The translations under genes were made by a program, and so were the position numbers. Positions 8,401 through 16,904 of a stretch of DNA of 24,000 nt are shown piece after piece. This stretch comes from Pusillimonas caeni (GTDB lineage: Bacteria > Pseudomonadota > Gammaproteobacteria > Burkholderiales > Burkholderiaceae_B), in the NCBI RefSeq assembly GCF_003545815.1, contig NZ_PDUW01000010.1, positions 26,725 to 50,724 of the forward strand, given 5' to 3'. Below the pieces are notes generated by a model. The model did no database searches. It worked only from the letters and a program-made list of their open reading frames with translations, and had not been told where the DNA came from. Each line of letters opens with the position of its first letter. Position 1 is the first letter of the stretch.

Positions 8401-8780
8401 AGGGCTCGGGCATGCGCGGCTGGAATGCATCGTCTTCCTCGCCCGGCGTGTGGCGCGCCATTGCCGGCTTCATCGTCTGGGCCTCGGCCTTCGTCGTGCT
8501 GTATGCCGGCCATGCCCTGGGCTGCGTCTATGTTCCCTCGTCCATCCAGCCCGCCACCGTGACCGCCGCGCTGGTGGTCCTGTGGGCGGTGCATATGGCG
8601 GCGGGCGCGGCCCTGGCCTGGCGCAGCGGCGGGCGATTGAGGCTTCTGCGCCATGATGGCGACTGCCGCGTCCGGGCGCGCTTCATGTGGCGCGCCGCCT
8701 TTCTGATCGATGCGTCCGCCCTGGGCGCCACATTTGTCACGGGTCTGCCCCTGCTGGCTTTTCCCGCCTGCCACCCCTGA
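8397..8780 (+). CDS. Small hydrophobic membrane protein of unknown function, translationally coupled to ctaD
   Basis: ATG 8397 overlaps the ctaD stop (ATGA). The 127-aa product has high third-position GC and about three predicted TM helices (AIAGFIVWASAFVVLYAG, VTAALVVLWAVHMAAGAALAW, LGATFVTGLPLLAF). It is the tail of the spurious 935-aa alternate-frame ORF 5973..8780. Confidence 0.6.
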   Translation: MKGSGMRGWNASSSSPGVWRAIAGFIVWASAFVVLYAGHALGCVYVPSSIQPATVTAALVVLWAVHMAAGAALAWRSGGRLRLLRHDGDCRVRARFMWRAAFLIDASALGATFVTGLPLLAFPACHP

Positions 8781-8816
8781 ACTCCGATGGTTAACCCGAA
8801 GTTGTAACCAAAATTC

Positions 8817-8845
8817 TTGACCGCCTATTTTTAACAGCGTAGAGT
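8817..8845 (+). promoter_or_regulatory. Putative sigma70 promoter for the binding-protein gene
   Basis: TTGACC (8817-8822), a 17-nt spacer, then TAGAGT (8840-8845), about 80 nt upstream of ATG 8926. Confidence 0.4.
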
Positions 8846-8925
8846 CGCTGCTGGCGTCCGGAATTCAAGTCGGGCGGGCGCCATATTCAGGCCAGAAGGC
8901 CACAAGTTGCAAACCAGGAGGAAGC

Positions 8926-10098
8926 ATGAATAAAAAGTTGACGCTCGCGGCGGCCATTGCCGCTGGCTCGATGGCGGTGGCTGCCGCGCCGGCGCACGCC
9001 GACATCAACGTGGGCATATCCTTGTCCTCGACGGGTCCGGCCGCCGCGCTGGGCATTCCCGAAAAGAACACGGTGCCTCTGCTGCCCGACACCATCGAGG
9101 GTGAAAAAGTCAACTACATCGTCCTGGACGACGCCACCGACGCCACCCAGGCCGGCCGCAATGCACGCAAGCTGGTCGCCGAAGACAAGGTCGACATCCT
9201 GCTGGGTTCCTCCGCCACGCCGCCCAGCGCCGCCATGGCCGAAGTCGCCAACGAATCCCAGACCCCGCAGATCACGATCGCGCCCGTCGAACTGCCCGAA
9301 GACAAGAACAAATGGGTGTTCCGCGCGCCCCAGCACTACGACGTGATGGCCGACGGCCTGATCTCGCACATGAAGGCCACCGGCGTGAAAACCCTGGGCT
9401 TCATCGGCTACACCGACGCTTATGGCGAAAGCTGGCTCACCGCCATGAAGAAAGCCACCGAAGCCGCGGGCATCAAGCTCACGGCCGTCGAGCGCTTCAA
9501 TCGCAACGACACCAGCGTCACCGGGCAGGCCGTCAAGATCGTCGCCGCCAAGCCCGACGCCGTGCTGGTGGTGGCTTCGGGCACTCCGTCCGTGCTGCCG
9601 CAGGTCACCCTGCAAGACCGCGGCTTCAAGGGCCAGATCTACCAGACCCACGGCACGGCCACCAAAGAATTCATGCGCGTCGGCGGCAAGGCCGTCGAAG
9701 GCACCATCATGCCGGTGGGCCCGGTCGTCGTGGCCGACCAGCTTCCCGACAGCAACCCCTCCAAGAAACTGGGCCTGGACTATACCGAACGCTACGAAGC
9801 CAAATACGGCAAAGGTTCGCTTTCCGCTTTCGGCGCCCAGTTCTATGACGCATTCCTGCTGTTCCAGAACGCCGTGCCCGTGGCGCTCAAGGCCGCCAAG
9901 CCCGGCACGCCCGAGTTCCGCGCCGCCCTGCGCGACGCCATCGAAAACTCCAAAGAAGTGGTCACCACCCATGGCGTATACAACATGACGCCCACCGACC
10001 ACTTCGGCATGGACGAGCGCGCACGCGTGCTCATCACCGTCAAGGACGGCGACTGGTCGCTCGTCGATATGGACGCAGTCACGAACAAAAAGCAATAA
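8926..10098 (+). CDS. ABC transporter periplasmic substrate-binding protein, branched-chain amino acid (LivJ/LivK) family
   Basis: 390 aa with AGGAGG 5 nt upstream and a signal peptide ending AHA-D. Family-typical segments include INVGISLSSTGPAAALG and DILLGSSATPPSAA. No permease or ATPase genes are adjacent, so it is an orphan SBP. Confidence 0.9.
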   Translation: MNKKLTLAAAIAAGSMAVAAAPAHADINVGISLSSTGPAAALGIPEKNTVPLLPDTIEGEKVNYIVLDDATDATQAGRNARKLVAEDKVDILLGSSATPPSAAMAEVANESQTPQITIAPVELPEDKNKWVFRAPQHYDVMADGLISHMKATGVKTLGFIGYTDAYGESWLTAMKKATEAAGIKLTAVERFNRNDTSVTGQAVKIVAAKPDAVLVVASGTPSVLPQVTLQDRGFKGQIYQTHGTATKEFMRVGGKAVEGTIMPVGPVVVADQLPDSNPSKKLGLDYTERYEAKYGKGSLSAFGAQFYDAFLLFQNAVPVALKAAKPGTPEFRAALRDAIENSKEVVTTHGVYNMTPTDHFGMDERARVLITVKDGDWSLVDMDAVTNKKQ

Positions 10099-10167
10099 GC
10101 CGGCATCAACGGCAAGCGCGCCGGGACGGCGCGCATACAAGGGCTTTTCCAACGGGTCCTTGCCTGA

Positions 10168-10193
10168 GCCCGCCTCTTCGAGGCGGGCTTTTT
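10168..10193 (+). terminator. Rho-independent terminator after the SBP gene
   Basis: GCCCGCCT (10168-10175) and AGGCGGGC (10181-10188) form a stem with loop CTTCG, followed directly by TTTTT (10189-10193). Confidence 0.8.
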
Positions 10194-10202
10194 ACATCCT
10201 GT

Positions 10203-10244
10203 TTGATCAGGGTCAATGGAGCTTCGGGAGGGTGAGAGTAGAAT
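10203..10244 (+). promoter_or_regulatory. Class II FNR/ANR-type promoter of azurin (FNR box plus -10)
   Basis: TTGAT-CAGG-GTCAA at 10203-10216 matches 9 of 10 positions of the TTGAT-N4-ATCAA consensus. TAGAAT lies at 10239-10244. With a start site about 7 nt after the -10, the box is centred near -41.5, the canonical class II geometry. Confidence 0.6.
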
Positions 10245-10320
10245 GGGTAGGGTCGAGCTTCGGCCATTGCATCCGCAAACGCCGAGCCGCCCGGTTTTTC
10301 ACTGTTCAACGGAGCCTGAT

Positions 10321-10770
10321 ATGTTCGCCAAACTCGCCCTTGCCGCCCTACTGTCCGCCGCCGCCCTGCCCGCCATGGCCGCCGAATGCGAAACCACCAT
10401 CGAAGGCAACGACGCGATGCAGTTCAACGTCAAGGAAATCACGGTCGACAAATCCTGCGAAAAATACACGGTTCATCTCAAGCACGTCGGCAAGCTGCCC
10501 AAGGCCGCCATGGGCCACAACTGGGTGCTGACCAAGCAGGCCGACATGCAGGCCACCGCCACCGACGGCATGGCGGCGGGCGCCGACAACGACTATCTCA
10601 AGCCCGACGACGACCGCATCCTCGCCCACACCGACCTGATCGGCGGCGGCGAAGAAACTTCGGTCACCTTCGACGTCAGCAAGCTCAACGCCGGTGAAGA
10701 CTACGCCTACTTCTGCTCCTTCCCGGGCCACTGGGCGGTCATGAAAGGCTCGCTCAAGGTCTCCGGCTAA
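10321..10770 (+). CDS. azu: Azurin (blue copper protein) precursor
   Basis: GGAG lies 7 nt upstream of ATG 10321 and the signal peptide ends AMA-AEC. The mature sequence [16 protein letters not shown]...MGHNWVL...[16 protein letters not shown] aligns with Alcaligenes, Bordetella and Pseudomonas azurins. It includes the Cu ligands (H, C, H, M) and the N-terminal disulfide cysteines. Confidence 0.95.
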   Translation: MFAKLALAALLSAAALPAMAAECETTIEGNDAMQFNVKEITVDKSCEKYTVHLKHVGKLPKAAMGHNWVLTKQADMQATATDGMAAGADNDYLKPDDDRILAHTDLIGGGEETSVTFDVSKLNAGEDYAYFCSFPGHWAVMKGSLKVSG

Positions 10771-11330
10771 GCTTTCGAACCGGCGAATCTCGCCACCCAG
10801 GCGGCGTAGCGGTCGAGCCATTCTTGCAGGAAGACGCGCAAGGGCTCGTCGCTTACGCCGCCTTTGTTATCGAACACCCCTTCCCGTACCTGCACATAGG
10901 CTTCGGGCTGCGCCAGGGTCGGCATGTCGAGCGAAGCCAGCACATTGCGTAAATGCTGCTGCGACAGCGCCGAACCCATGGCGCCCGGGCTGGCGCCCAA
11001 GATGCCGGCCGGCTTTCCTTCCCAGGCGCTGTCGCCGAACGGACGCGAGCCGTGATCTATGGCGTTCTTCAGTACGCCGGGAATCGAGCGGTTGTACTCC
11101 GGCGTGACGAACAGCACGCCGTCCGCCGCGCATATTTCGCGCTTCATGCGCTGCACGGCTTCGGCCTGGTTCTCGTCTTCATCCTGGTTGTAAAGCGGCA
11201 GATCGTCGATGCGTACGCGCTGGAAACGCAGCGTGCCGGTCGCCATCGCGGCGACCGTGTCGGCCAACTGCCTGTTGTAGGAGTTCTTGCGCAGGCTGCC
11301 GACCACGACGGCGATTCGATATGTGTTCAT
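10767..11330 (-). CDS. NADPH-dependent FMN reductase (ChrR/YieF-like flavoprotein)
   Basis: The start at ATG 11330 ([19 protein letters not shown]...) has AAGGAAAGG upstream. The motifs [20 protein letters not shown] are typical of the NADPH-dependent FMN reductase family. Its stop overlaps the azurin stop by 4 nt, convergently. Confidence 0.85.
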   Translation of the reverse strand: MNTYRIAVVVGSLRKNSYNRQLADTVAAMATGTLRFQRVRIDDLPLYNQDEDENQAEAVQRMKREICAADGVLFVTPEYNRSIPGVLKNAIDHGSRPFGDSAWEGKPAGILGASPGAMGSALSQQHLRNVLASLDMPTLAQPEAYVQVREGVFDNKGGVSDEPLRVFLQEWLDRYAAWVARFAGSKA

Positions 11331-11692
11331 GCCTTTCCTTGTGCTGATGAAAAAATGGATTCCAGCAAGCGGCACACCTGAACACCTTGGAGCGGCACGC
11401 CGGGTCCCGGACGCGCCCCGGAATGAAACCCGTTTTTTGCGCGAAGCTTATCCACAAAGTCTGTGCATAACCTTGCGAATAAGTCACGGACCGGACATCG
11501 AACTGCAATATACGACAGGCTTCGAGGTTCAATGGACAAAAGAAATGCAGTTTGTAACACCACTCCGGAATTCTCCGAACAGGCCATAAGAAATTCTCTT
11601 GAGGCCGCTGGTTAACCCTAGTGCATGGGCCGTCTGTTTCGCTAATTACTTATGTATCATAAGGAATCAGCATAGCGAGGAAGAATTCCGGC

Positions 11693-13678
11693 ATGGCCAT
11701 CGAACAAGGCGAAGTTTTATGGGCCCCCACGGCTCGGCAGGTCGAAGAGACCCGACTGGCGCAATTCATCGATTACGTGGCGCAACGTCATGGCAAGCGC
11801 TTCGATGATTATCAGACGCTGTGGCAATGGTCGGTCGACGAGCTCGAAACCTTCTGGAGCACCGTCCTGCAGTTCTTCCAGGTGCAGGCCGATGGCGACC
11901 CGGGCGTCGTGCTGGCCGATGCGCGCATGCCCGGAGCAAAGTGGTTTCCGGGCTTGCAGCTCAATTACGCCGAGCATGTGTTCCGCAACGCCGACGCATC
12001 GCGTCCCGCTCTGCTTGCACGCAGCGAAGACTGCGAGCCGCGCTTCGTCTCGTGGCAGGAGCTGCGCGACACCACGGGCGCATTGGCCGCGACCTTGCGC
12101 GAATCGGGCGTGGGGCCCGGCGACCGCGTGGTGTCCTATATGCCCAACCGGCCCGAAACGGTCATGGCCTTTCTGGCCTGCGCCAGCATCGGGGCCATCT
12201 GGTCGAGCTGCTCGCCCGAGATGGGCGTGTCCGTCGTGGTCGACCGTTTCCGGCAGATCGAGCCCAAGGTCATGTTCGCGGTGGACAGCTATCGCTACAA
12301 CGGCAAGGTGCATGAGCGCGGTACGACCGTATCCGAGCTGCTCGAGCAGCTTCCCTCCGTCGAGCGCGTCATCCATGTCGCGGGGCCGGCTTGTATCGGG
12401 CAGCCGGCATGGCGCGGCTGCACGTCATGGCAACAGGCGACGGCCCGCAGCGCGCCGCTGGCGTTCACCCGCCTGCCCTTCGATCACCCGCTGTGGATCG
12501 TCTATTCGTCGGGCACCACAGGCATCCCCAAGGCCATGGTGCACGGCCACGGCGGCATCGTGCTGACCCACCTCAAAACCATGCAGCTGCAGCACGACGT
12601 GCGCGCCGGCGATCGCTTCATGTTCCTGGGCAGCACCGGGTGGATCGTCTGGAACCTGATGGTGGGCGGCCTGCTGTCGGGCGCCACCGTGGTGCTGTAC
12701 GACGGCAACCCCTCTTATCCCGACACCCGGTCGCTGTGGCGCTTCATCGACGAGCACGCCGTCACGCATTTCGGATGCGGCGCGGCCTTCCTGGTCCAGT
12801 GCAAGAAGGACGGCCTGCAGCCCGGCCGGCAGGGGCGCTTCGACGCCTTGCGCGCCATCAACTCCACCGGCTCCCCTCTGCCCCTGGACGCCTATGAATG
12901 GGTCTACAACGAGGTCAAGAAAGACTTATGGCTGGCCTCCATCAGCGGCGGCACGGACATCGCGTCGGGCTTCGTGGCCTGTGCGCCGTGCCTGCCCGTG
13001 ACGGCGGGTGAAATCCAGTGCCGGGAGCTGGGCGTGGCGGCTTACGCCTTCGACGACGGCGGCCGGCCCGTCATCGACGAAGTGGGAGAACTCGTCATCA
13101 CCCGGCCCATGCCTTCGATGCCGCTTTATTTCTGGAGCGATCCGGGCAACGCGCGCTATATCGAGAACTATTTCGAAACCTTTCCCGGCTGCTGGCGCCA
13201 TGGCGACTGGATACGCTTCAGCCCGCAAGGCACGGCCGTCATCTACGGCCGCTCCGACACCACCATCAACCGCTACGGCATACGCATGGGCACGGCCGAG
13301 ATCTATCGCGTGGTCGAAGAGCTGCCCGAGATACGCGACAGCATGGTCGTCGACCTGGAATACCTGGGCCGCCCTTCCTATATGCCGCTGTTCGTGGTGC
13401 TGGCGCAAGGGATGGAACTGGACGAGGCGCTGGCCGCCCGCATCAAAGAGCAGATCCGCAGCAAGGCTTCGGCCCGCCACGTGCCCAACGAAGTGCATCA
13501 GGTGCCGCAAATACCGCGCACGCTCAGCGGCAAGAAGATGGAGCTGCCGGTGCGCAAGCTGCTGCTTGGCGCCAGCGTCGACAAGGTGGCCAGCCCCGAT
13601 GCCATGGCCAACCCCGAAAGCATGGCCTGGTACGTCGACTTTGCCAAGCGCCTGAATCCGGCGCCGATAGAGTCCTGA
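11693..13678 (+). CDS. Acetoacetyl-CoA synthetase (acetoacetate--CoA ligase)
   Basis: 661 aa with GAGGAAG upstream. The N-terminus EVLWAPT...RLAQF...FDDYQTLWQWSVDELETFW is characteristic of acetoacetyl-CoA synthetases. The AMP-binding motif YSSGTTGIPKAMVHGHGG is present. Confidence 0.9.
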   Translation: MAIEQGEVLWAPTARQVEETRLAQFIDYVAQRHGKRFDDYQTLWQWSVDELETFWSTVLQFFQVQADGDPGVVLADARMPGAKWFPGLQLNYAEHVFRNADASRPALLARSEDCEPRFVSWQELRDTTGALAATLRESGVGPGDRVVSYMPNRPETVMAFLACASIGAIWSSCSPEMGVSVVVDRFRQIEPKVMFAVDSYRYNGKVHERGTTVSELLEQLPSVERVIHVAGPACIGQPAWRGCTSWQQATARSAPLAFTRLPFDHPLWIVYSSGTTGIPKAMVHGHGGIVLTHLKTMQLQHDVRAGDRFMFLGSTGWIVWNLMVGGLLSGATVVLYDGNPSYPDTRSLWRFIDEHAVTHFGCGAAFLVQCKKDGLQPGRQGRFDALRAINSTGSPLPLDAYEWVYNEVKKDLWLASISGGTDIASGFVACAPCLPVTAGEIQCRELGVAAYAFDDGGRPVIDEVGELVITRPMPSMPLYFWSDPGNARYIENYFETFPGCWRHGDWIRFSPQGTAVIYGRSDTTINRYGIRMGTAEIYRVVEELPEIRDSMVVDLEYLGRPSYMPLFVVLAQGMELDEALAARIKEQIRSKASARHVPNEVHQVPQIPRTLSGKKMELPVRKLLLGASVDKVASPDAMANPESMAWYVDFAKRLNPAPIES

Positions 13679-13679
13679 C

Positions 13680-14189
13680 ATGGCCTCCTCTTCCGCTGCA
13701 TCCCCCGCCAGGACAGGCGCCCGCGCCGGCCGAAGCCAAGAGCCCGAAGAAACCTTGAAGCCTTCGCTGATGCATCAGCTGATCGGCTATCACTGCCGGC
13801 GGGCATTCGTGCAGGTAGAGCCATTTTCGGACGCACGGATGTCCGCCTTCGCCTTGCGGCCGGCCGACTTCGCCGTGCTGAGCCTATTGAGCGCGAACCC
13901 GGGCATCAGCCAGAAGCAGGTGGCGCACGGCATAGGCGTGGCGCCGCCCAATCTGGCGCCCGTGCTGGAACGGCTCGAAGCGCGCCGGCTGCTGGCCCGG
14001 CAGCGCAGCCGGCGCGACGGGCGCATCCAGACTTTCTCGCTGACGGCCGATGGCCAGGTGCTTTGCACGCTCGCCGAAGAAGCCGCCCTGCGCATCGAGA
14101 GCGAGGCCGCCGGCGCGCTGACCGATGGCGAGCGCAAAACGCTTTTGCGCCTGCTGCGCAAACTTTACGCTTCTGACGTCGCGGCCTGA
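13680..14189 (+). CDS. MarR-family transcriptional regulator
   Basis: Winged-helix core: FAVLSLLSANPGISQKQVAHGIGVAPPNLAPVLERLEARRLLARQRSRRDGRIQTFSLT. ATG 13680 lies one nt after the synthetase stop. ATG 13770 (MHQLIGYHCRR...) is an equally plausible start because the first 30 codons are low-complexity. Confidence 0.8.
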   Translation: MASSSAASPARTGARAGRSQEPEETLKPSLMHQLIGYHCRRAFVQVEPFSDARMSAFALRPADFAVLSLLSANPGISQKQVAHGIGVAPPNLAPVLERLEARRLLARQRSRRDGRIQTFSLTADGQVLCTLAEEAALRIESEAAGALTDGERKTLLRLLRKLYASDVAA

Positions 14190-14279
14190 TGCGATTGGTT
14201 TAAGATAAGCGAATAGATAAGCAAGTCGATCGCTGTCCGTGTCGCGGGGCGCGGATTCAATCATTCTAATAGGTCAGGC

Positions 14280-14702
14280 ATGAATATACTGGTTCCCATA
14301 GACGGCTCGGAATCCTCTCTCAATGCGCTCAAGGCGGCTGTCGCCATGATAGGCGGGCGCAGCGATGTAGGCCTGCGGGTCGTCACGGTTCAGCCGCCCA
14401 TTGCATCGGGCAACGTCAAGCGCTTCATCTCCGCCGAAATTCTGGACGAGTACTATCAGGACGAAGGCAACAAGTCTCTTGAGGCAGCCCGCGAATTGTT
14501 GCGCGATGCCTCGGCGCCGGTGAGCTTCGAAGTGCTGGTGGGGTCGGTCGCCGAAACCATCGTCGACGATGCCAGGCAGCATGGTTGCGGGCACATCGTG
14601 ATGGGCACTCGCGGCTTGGGCCGTATCTCGGGCCTGCTGCTGGGTTCGGTGGCCACCAAGGTGCTGAGCCTCACCGACCTGCCCGTCACCCTGGTCAAAT
14701 AG
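14280..14702 (+). CDS. Universal stress protein (UspA family)
   Basis: 140 aa. MNILVPIDGSESS...HIVMGTRGLGRISGLLLGSVATKVL is the UspA ATP-binding type motif G-2x-G-9x-G(S/T). Confidence 0.9.
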   Translation: MNILVPIDGSESSLNALKAAVAMIGGRSDVGLRVVTVQPPIASGNVKRFISAEILDEYYQDEGNKSLEAARELLRDASAPVSFEVLVGSVAETIVDDARQHGCGHIVMGTRGLGRISGLLLGSVATKVLSLTDLPVTLVK

Positions 14703-14708
14703 CCGCGC

Positions 14709-15893
14709 CTACTCCCGCGGCTGCAAGCCCACCTTCAGCAGGCGGCCGTCCCGTTCATCGGTGAGTACGTACAGGTAGCCGTCGGGTCCCACCCTGACGT
14801 CGCGTATGCGCGCATCCAGCTCTTTCAGCATGCGCTCTTCGTGAACGATGCGATCGCCGTCGAGCTTCAGGCGTATCACCGATCGGTCCACCAGGGCGCC
14901 GATGAACAGCGAGTGCCGCCATGGCGCGAAGCGCTGGTCGTCATAGAAAGCCATGCCGCTGATGCCGGGCGATTTTTCCCAGACGTAGTGCGGCGGCTCG
15001 GTGCCTTCTGCGGTTTCGCCCTTGGCCTCGGGTATGGGCATGCCGGAATAGTTGATGCCATGAGTCGCCAGGGGCCAGCCGTAGTTCTTGCCCGCTTGCG
15101 GGATGTTGATCTCATCGCCGCCGCGCGGACCATGTTCGTGAGTCCAGAGTTTGCCGGACCACGGATTCAGGGCCGCGCCCTGCTGATTGCGGTGGCCGTA
15201 GGACCAGATGCCGGGCGGAACGCCCTCGCGGCCGACGAAGGGGTTGTCATCGGGCACGCCGCCGTCGAGCTGCAGACGCACGAGCTTGCCCTGCAATTTG
15301 TCCAGGTCCTGGGCAGTCGGACGCTGGTTGTTCTCGCCCAGGGCGATGAACAAGTGCCCCTTGCCGTCGAACACCAGGCGTGAACCGAAATGCACGCCGC
15401 TGGACAACTTGGGCGCTTGGCGGAAGATCACCTTGAAGTCGTCCAGACGGCGCATGTCCTGAGACAGCGTGCCATAGCCCACGGCCGTGCCGGCCGGCCC
15501 CTCGCCGGGATTGCGCTCGGAACCCTCGGCATACGACAGATAGACATGCCTGCTTTGGGCAAAATCCGGGGCCAGCGCGACATCGAGCAGGCCGCCCTGC
15601 CCTTTGGCGAAGACGCGCGGCACACCCTCGATGTCCTGCGACAGGCCTCCCTCGGGCGTCCAGAGCCGCAGGCGGCCCGGCCTTTCGGTGATGAGCATGC
15701 CCTGGCCGTCGGGCAGAAAGGCCAGGGCCCAAGGGTTTTCAAGCCCCTTTTGAAGCGTCGTGACTTCAAGCGTTCCTTCTTCGCTGGGATAGGTGGCGGT
15801 CTGCGCCTGGACCGGTCCGCACAGCGCCGCGACAGCCAGCAGCACTGCGCCCATGAAGCCGGCGCCGCCTCTGTCCAATAGCATGGCCTTCAT
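14709..15893 (-). CDS. PQQ-dependent soluble sugar (aldose) dehydrogenase, YliI/sorbosone dehydrogenase family
   Basis: Beta-propeller family motifs: LENPWALAFLPDG, GLLDVALAPDF, IWSYGHRNQQG, GPRGGDEINI, GKNYGWP. I prefer ATG 15893 because it yields the signal peptide MKAMLLDRGGAGFMGAVLLAVAALCGPVQAQ. ATG 15917, 15884 and 16004 are alternatives. Confidence 0.85.
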   Translation of the reverse strand: MKAMLLDRGGAGFMGAVLLAVAALCGPVQAQTATYPSEEGTLEVTTLQKGLENPWALAFLPDGQGMLITERPGRLRLWTPEGGLSQDIEGVPRVFAKGQGGLLDVALAPDFAQSRHVYLSYAEGSERNPGEGPAGTAVGYGTLSQDMRRLDDFKVIFRQAPKLSSGVHFGSRLVFDGKGHLFIALGENNQRPTAQDLDKLQGKLVRLQLDGGVPDDNPFVGREGVPPGIWSYGHRNQQGAALNPWSGKLWTHEHGPRGGDEINIPQAGKNYGWPLATHGINYSGMPIPEAKGETAEGTEPPHYVWEKSPGISGMAFYDDQRFAPWRHSLFIGALVDRSVIRLKLDGDRIVHEERMLKELDARIRDVRVGPDGYLYVLTDERDGRLLKVGLQPRE

Positions 15894-16027
15894 GCCGGCT
15901 CGGCCCGCGCCGGGCATCCCCGTGGCACGCCCGGATGATCGCCTGACCCGCGTTATGCCCGACAAGCCGGTTTCTCTGATGTTCTGCGCGCTTTCATGCC
16001 TCATGCAAGCTCCGTATGAATAGTGAC

Positions 16028-16882
16028 TCAGGCCACCGGGTCGATGCGTCGCGGAAGGTCCGGGTCGGTGGCAGGCGGCGCGGACGGAACCGGGGGGACG
16101 ATGGGCGCAATACCCTTGCCGGATTTTTCGAAGAAACCGGCCAGCATGTCCACCGGCACGGGAAAGACCAGCGTCGAAGTCTTGTCGCCGGCGACCTGGG
16201 TCAGGGTCTGCAGGTAGCGAAGCTGCATGGCCGAGGGCTGCTCGGCCAGGGTCTGCGCGGCCTCCATCAAAGCCTGGGCGGCCTGCTTCTCGCCTTCGGC
16301 ATGGATCACCTTGGCGCGCCTTTCGCGCTCGGCTTCGGCTTGGCGGGCGATGGCGCGCACCATGCTTTCGTTCAGGTCGATGTGCTTGATCTCCACATTG
16401 GTGACCTTGATGCCCCAGCCATCGGTCTGCTGATCGAGTATCGTTTGAACGTCTTGATTGAGCTTTTCGCGCTCGGACAGCATGTCGTCCAGATCGTGTT
16501 TGCCCAATACGGCGCGCAAGGTGGTCTGGGCCAGCTGGCTGGTGGCGTCCAGATAGCGCTCGACCTGGATGATGGCCTTGTCGGGCGCCACCACGCGGAA
16601 GTAGATCACTGCGTTCACACTGACCGACACGTTGTCGCGCGAGATGACGTCCTGGCTGGGTACGTCCATGGTCACGGTCCGCAGATCGACGCGCACCATC
16701 TGCTGCAGGCCTGGTATGACGATCACCAAGCCAGGGCCCTTGACCGCAGTGAAGCGCCCCAGCGTGAAAATGACGCCGCGCTGGTATTCGCGCAGGATTT
16801 TCAGGGTGTTGATCAGTATCACCACAATGACGATCAGCAGGATCAACAGACCGAAGTTTAAGTCGAAATCGATGAAGTACAT
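16028..16882 (-). CDS. SPFH/band-7 (stomatin-like, QmcA/YbbK-type) membrane protein
   Basis: 284 aa with AAGGAAGG upstream. An N-terminal TM helix is followed by the [14 protein letters not shown]...[20 protein letters not shown] stomatin core and a coiled-coil [17 protein letters not shown]. Confidence 0.9.
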   Translation of the reverse strand: MYFIDFDLNFGLLILLIVIVVILINTLKILREYQRGVIFTLGRFTAVKGPGLVIVIPGLQQMVRVDLRTVTMDVPSQDVISRDNVSVSVNAVIYFRVVAPDKAIIQVERYLDATSQLAQTTLRAVLGKHDLDDMLSEREKLNQDVQTILDQQTDGWGIKVTNVEIKHIDLNESMVRAIARQAEAERERRAKVIHAEGEKQAAQALMEAAQTLAEQPSAMQLRYLQTLTQVAGDKTSTLVFPVPVDMLAGFFEKSGKGIAPIVPPVPSAPPATDPDLPRRIDPVA

Positions 16883-16904
16883 GAGCGCCTTCCTTGATGA
16901 GCGT

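Noticed and set aside
5973-8780. 935-aa alternate-frame ORF and the 485-aa minus ORF 6835..8292 overlapping ctaD
   Set aside because: The ctaD frame carries all heme-copper oxidase signatures, and the alternative frames translate to Arg/Pro/Gly-rich nonsense. Only the last 127 codons of the 935-aa frame (8397-8780, beyond the ctaD stop) are kept as a separate small gene.
8788-8797. TGGTTAACCC 10-mer shared between the SBP upstream region (8788-8797) and the synthetase upstream region (11609-11618)
   Set aside because: A single shared 10-mer among about 2 kb of intergenic DNA is within chance expectation. There is no extended similarity around it.
10116-10134. GCGCGCC-GGGAC-GGCGCGC hairpin just after the SBP stop
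   Set aside because: No T-tract follows it. The canonical terminator 35 nt downstream (10168-10193) explains termination. It may only add stability.
8887-10152. 421-aa minus-strand ORF opposite the binding-protein gene
   Set aside because: It is a shadow ORF. The plus strand encodes a well-formed LivJ/K-type SBP with an SD and a signal peptide.
11448-11456. Perfect DnaA box TTATCCACA as a sign of a replication origin
   Set aside because: It is a single box with no cluster, no AT-rich unwinding element and no dnaA/dnaN/gidA context, so it is not an oriC. It is kept only as a minor note in the regulatory-region finding.
11609-11626. Sigma54-like TGGTTAACCCTAGTGCAT upstream of acetoacetyl-CoA synthetase
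   Set aside because: The GG and GC dinucleotides are spaced one nt too far apart, and the -24/-12 flanks match the TGGCAC-N5-TTGC consensus poorly.
14702-14721. GCCGCG / CGCGGC hairpin spanning the convergent usp and sugar-dehydrogenase stop codons as a bidirectional terminator
   Set aside because: It has only a 6-bp stem with an 8-nt loop, no U-tracts on either strand, and lies largely inside coding sequence. That is too weak to call.
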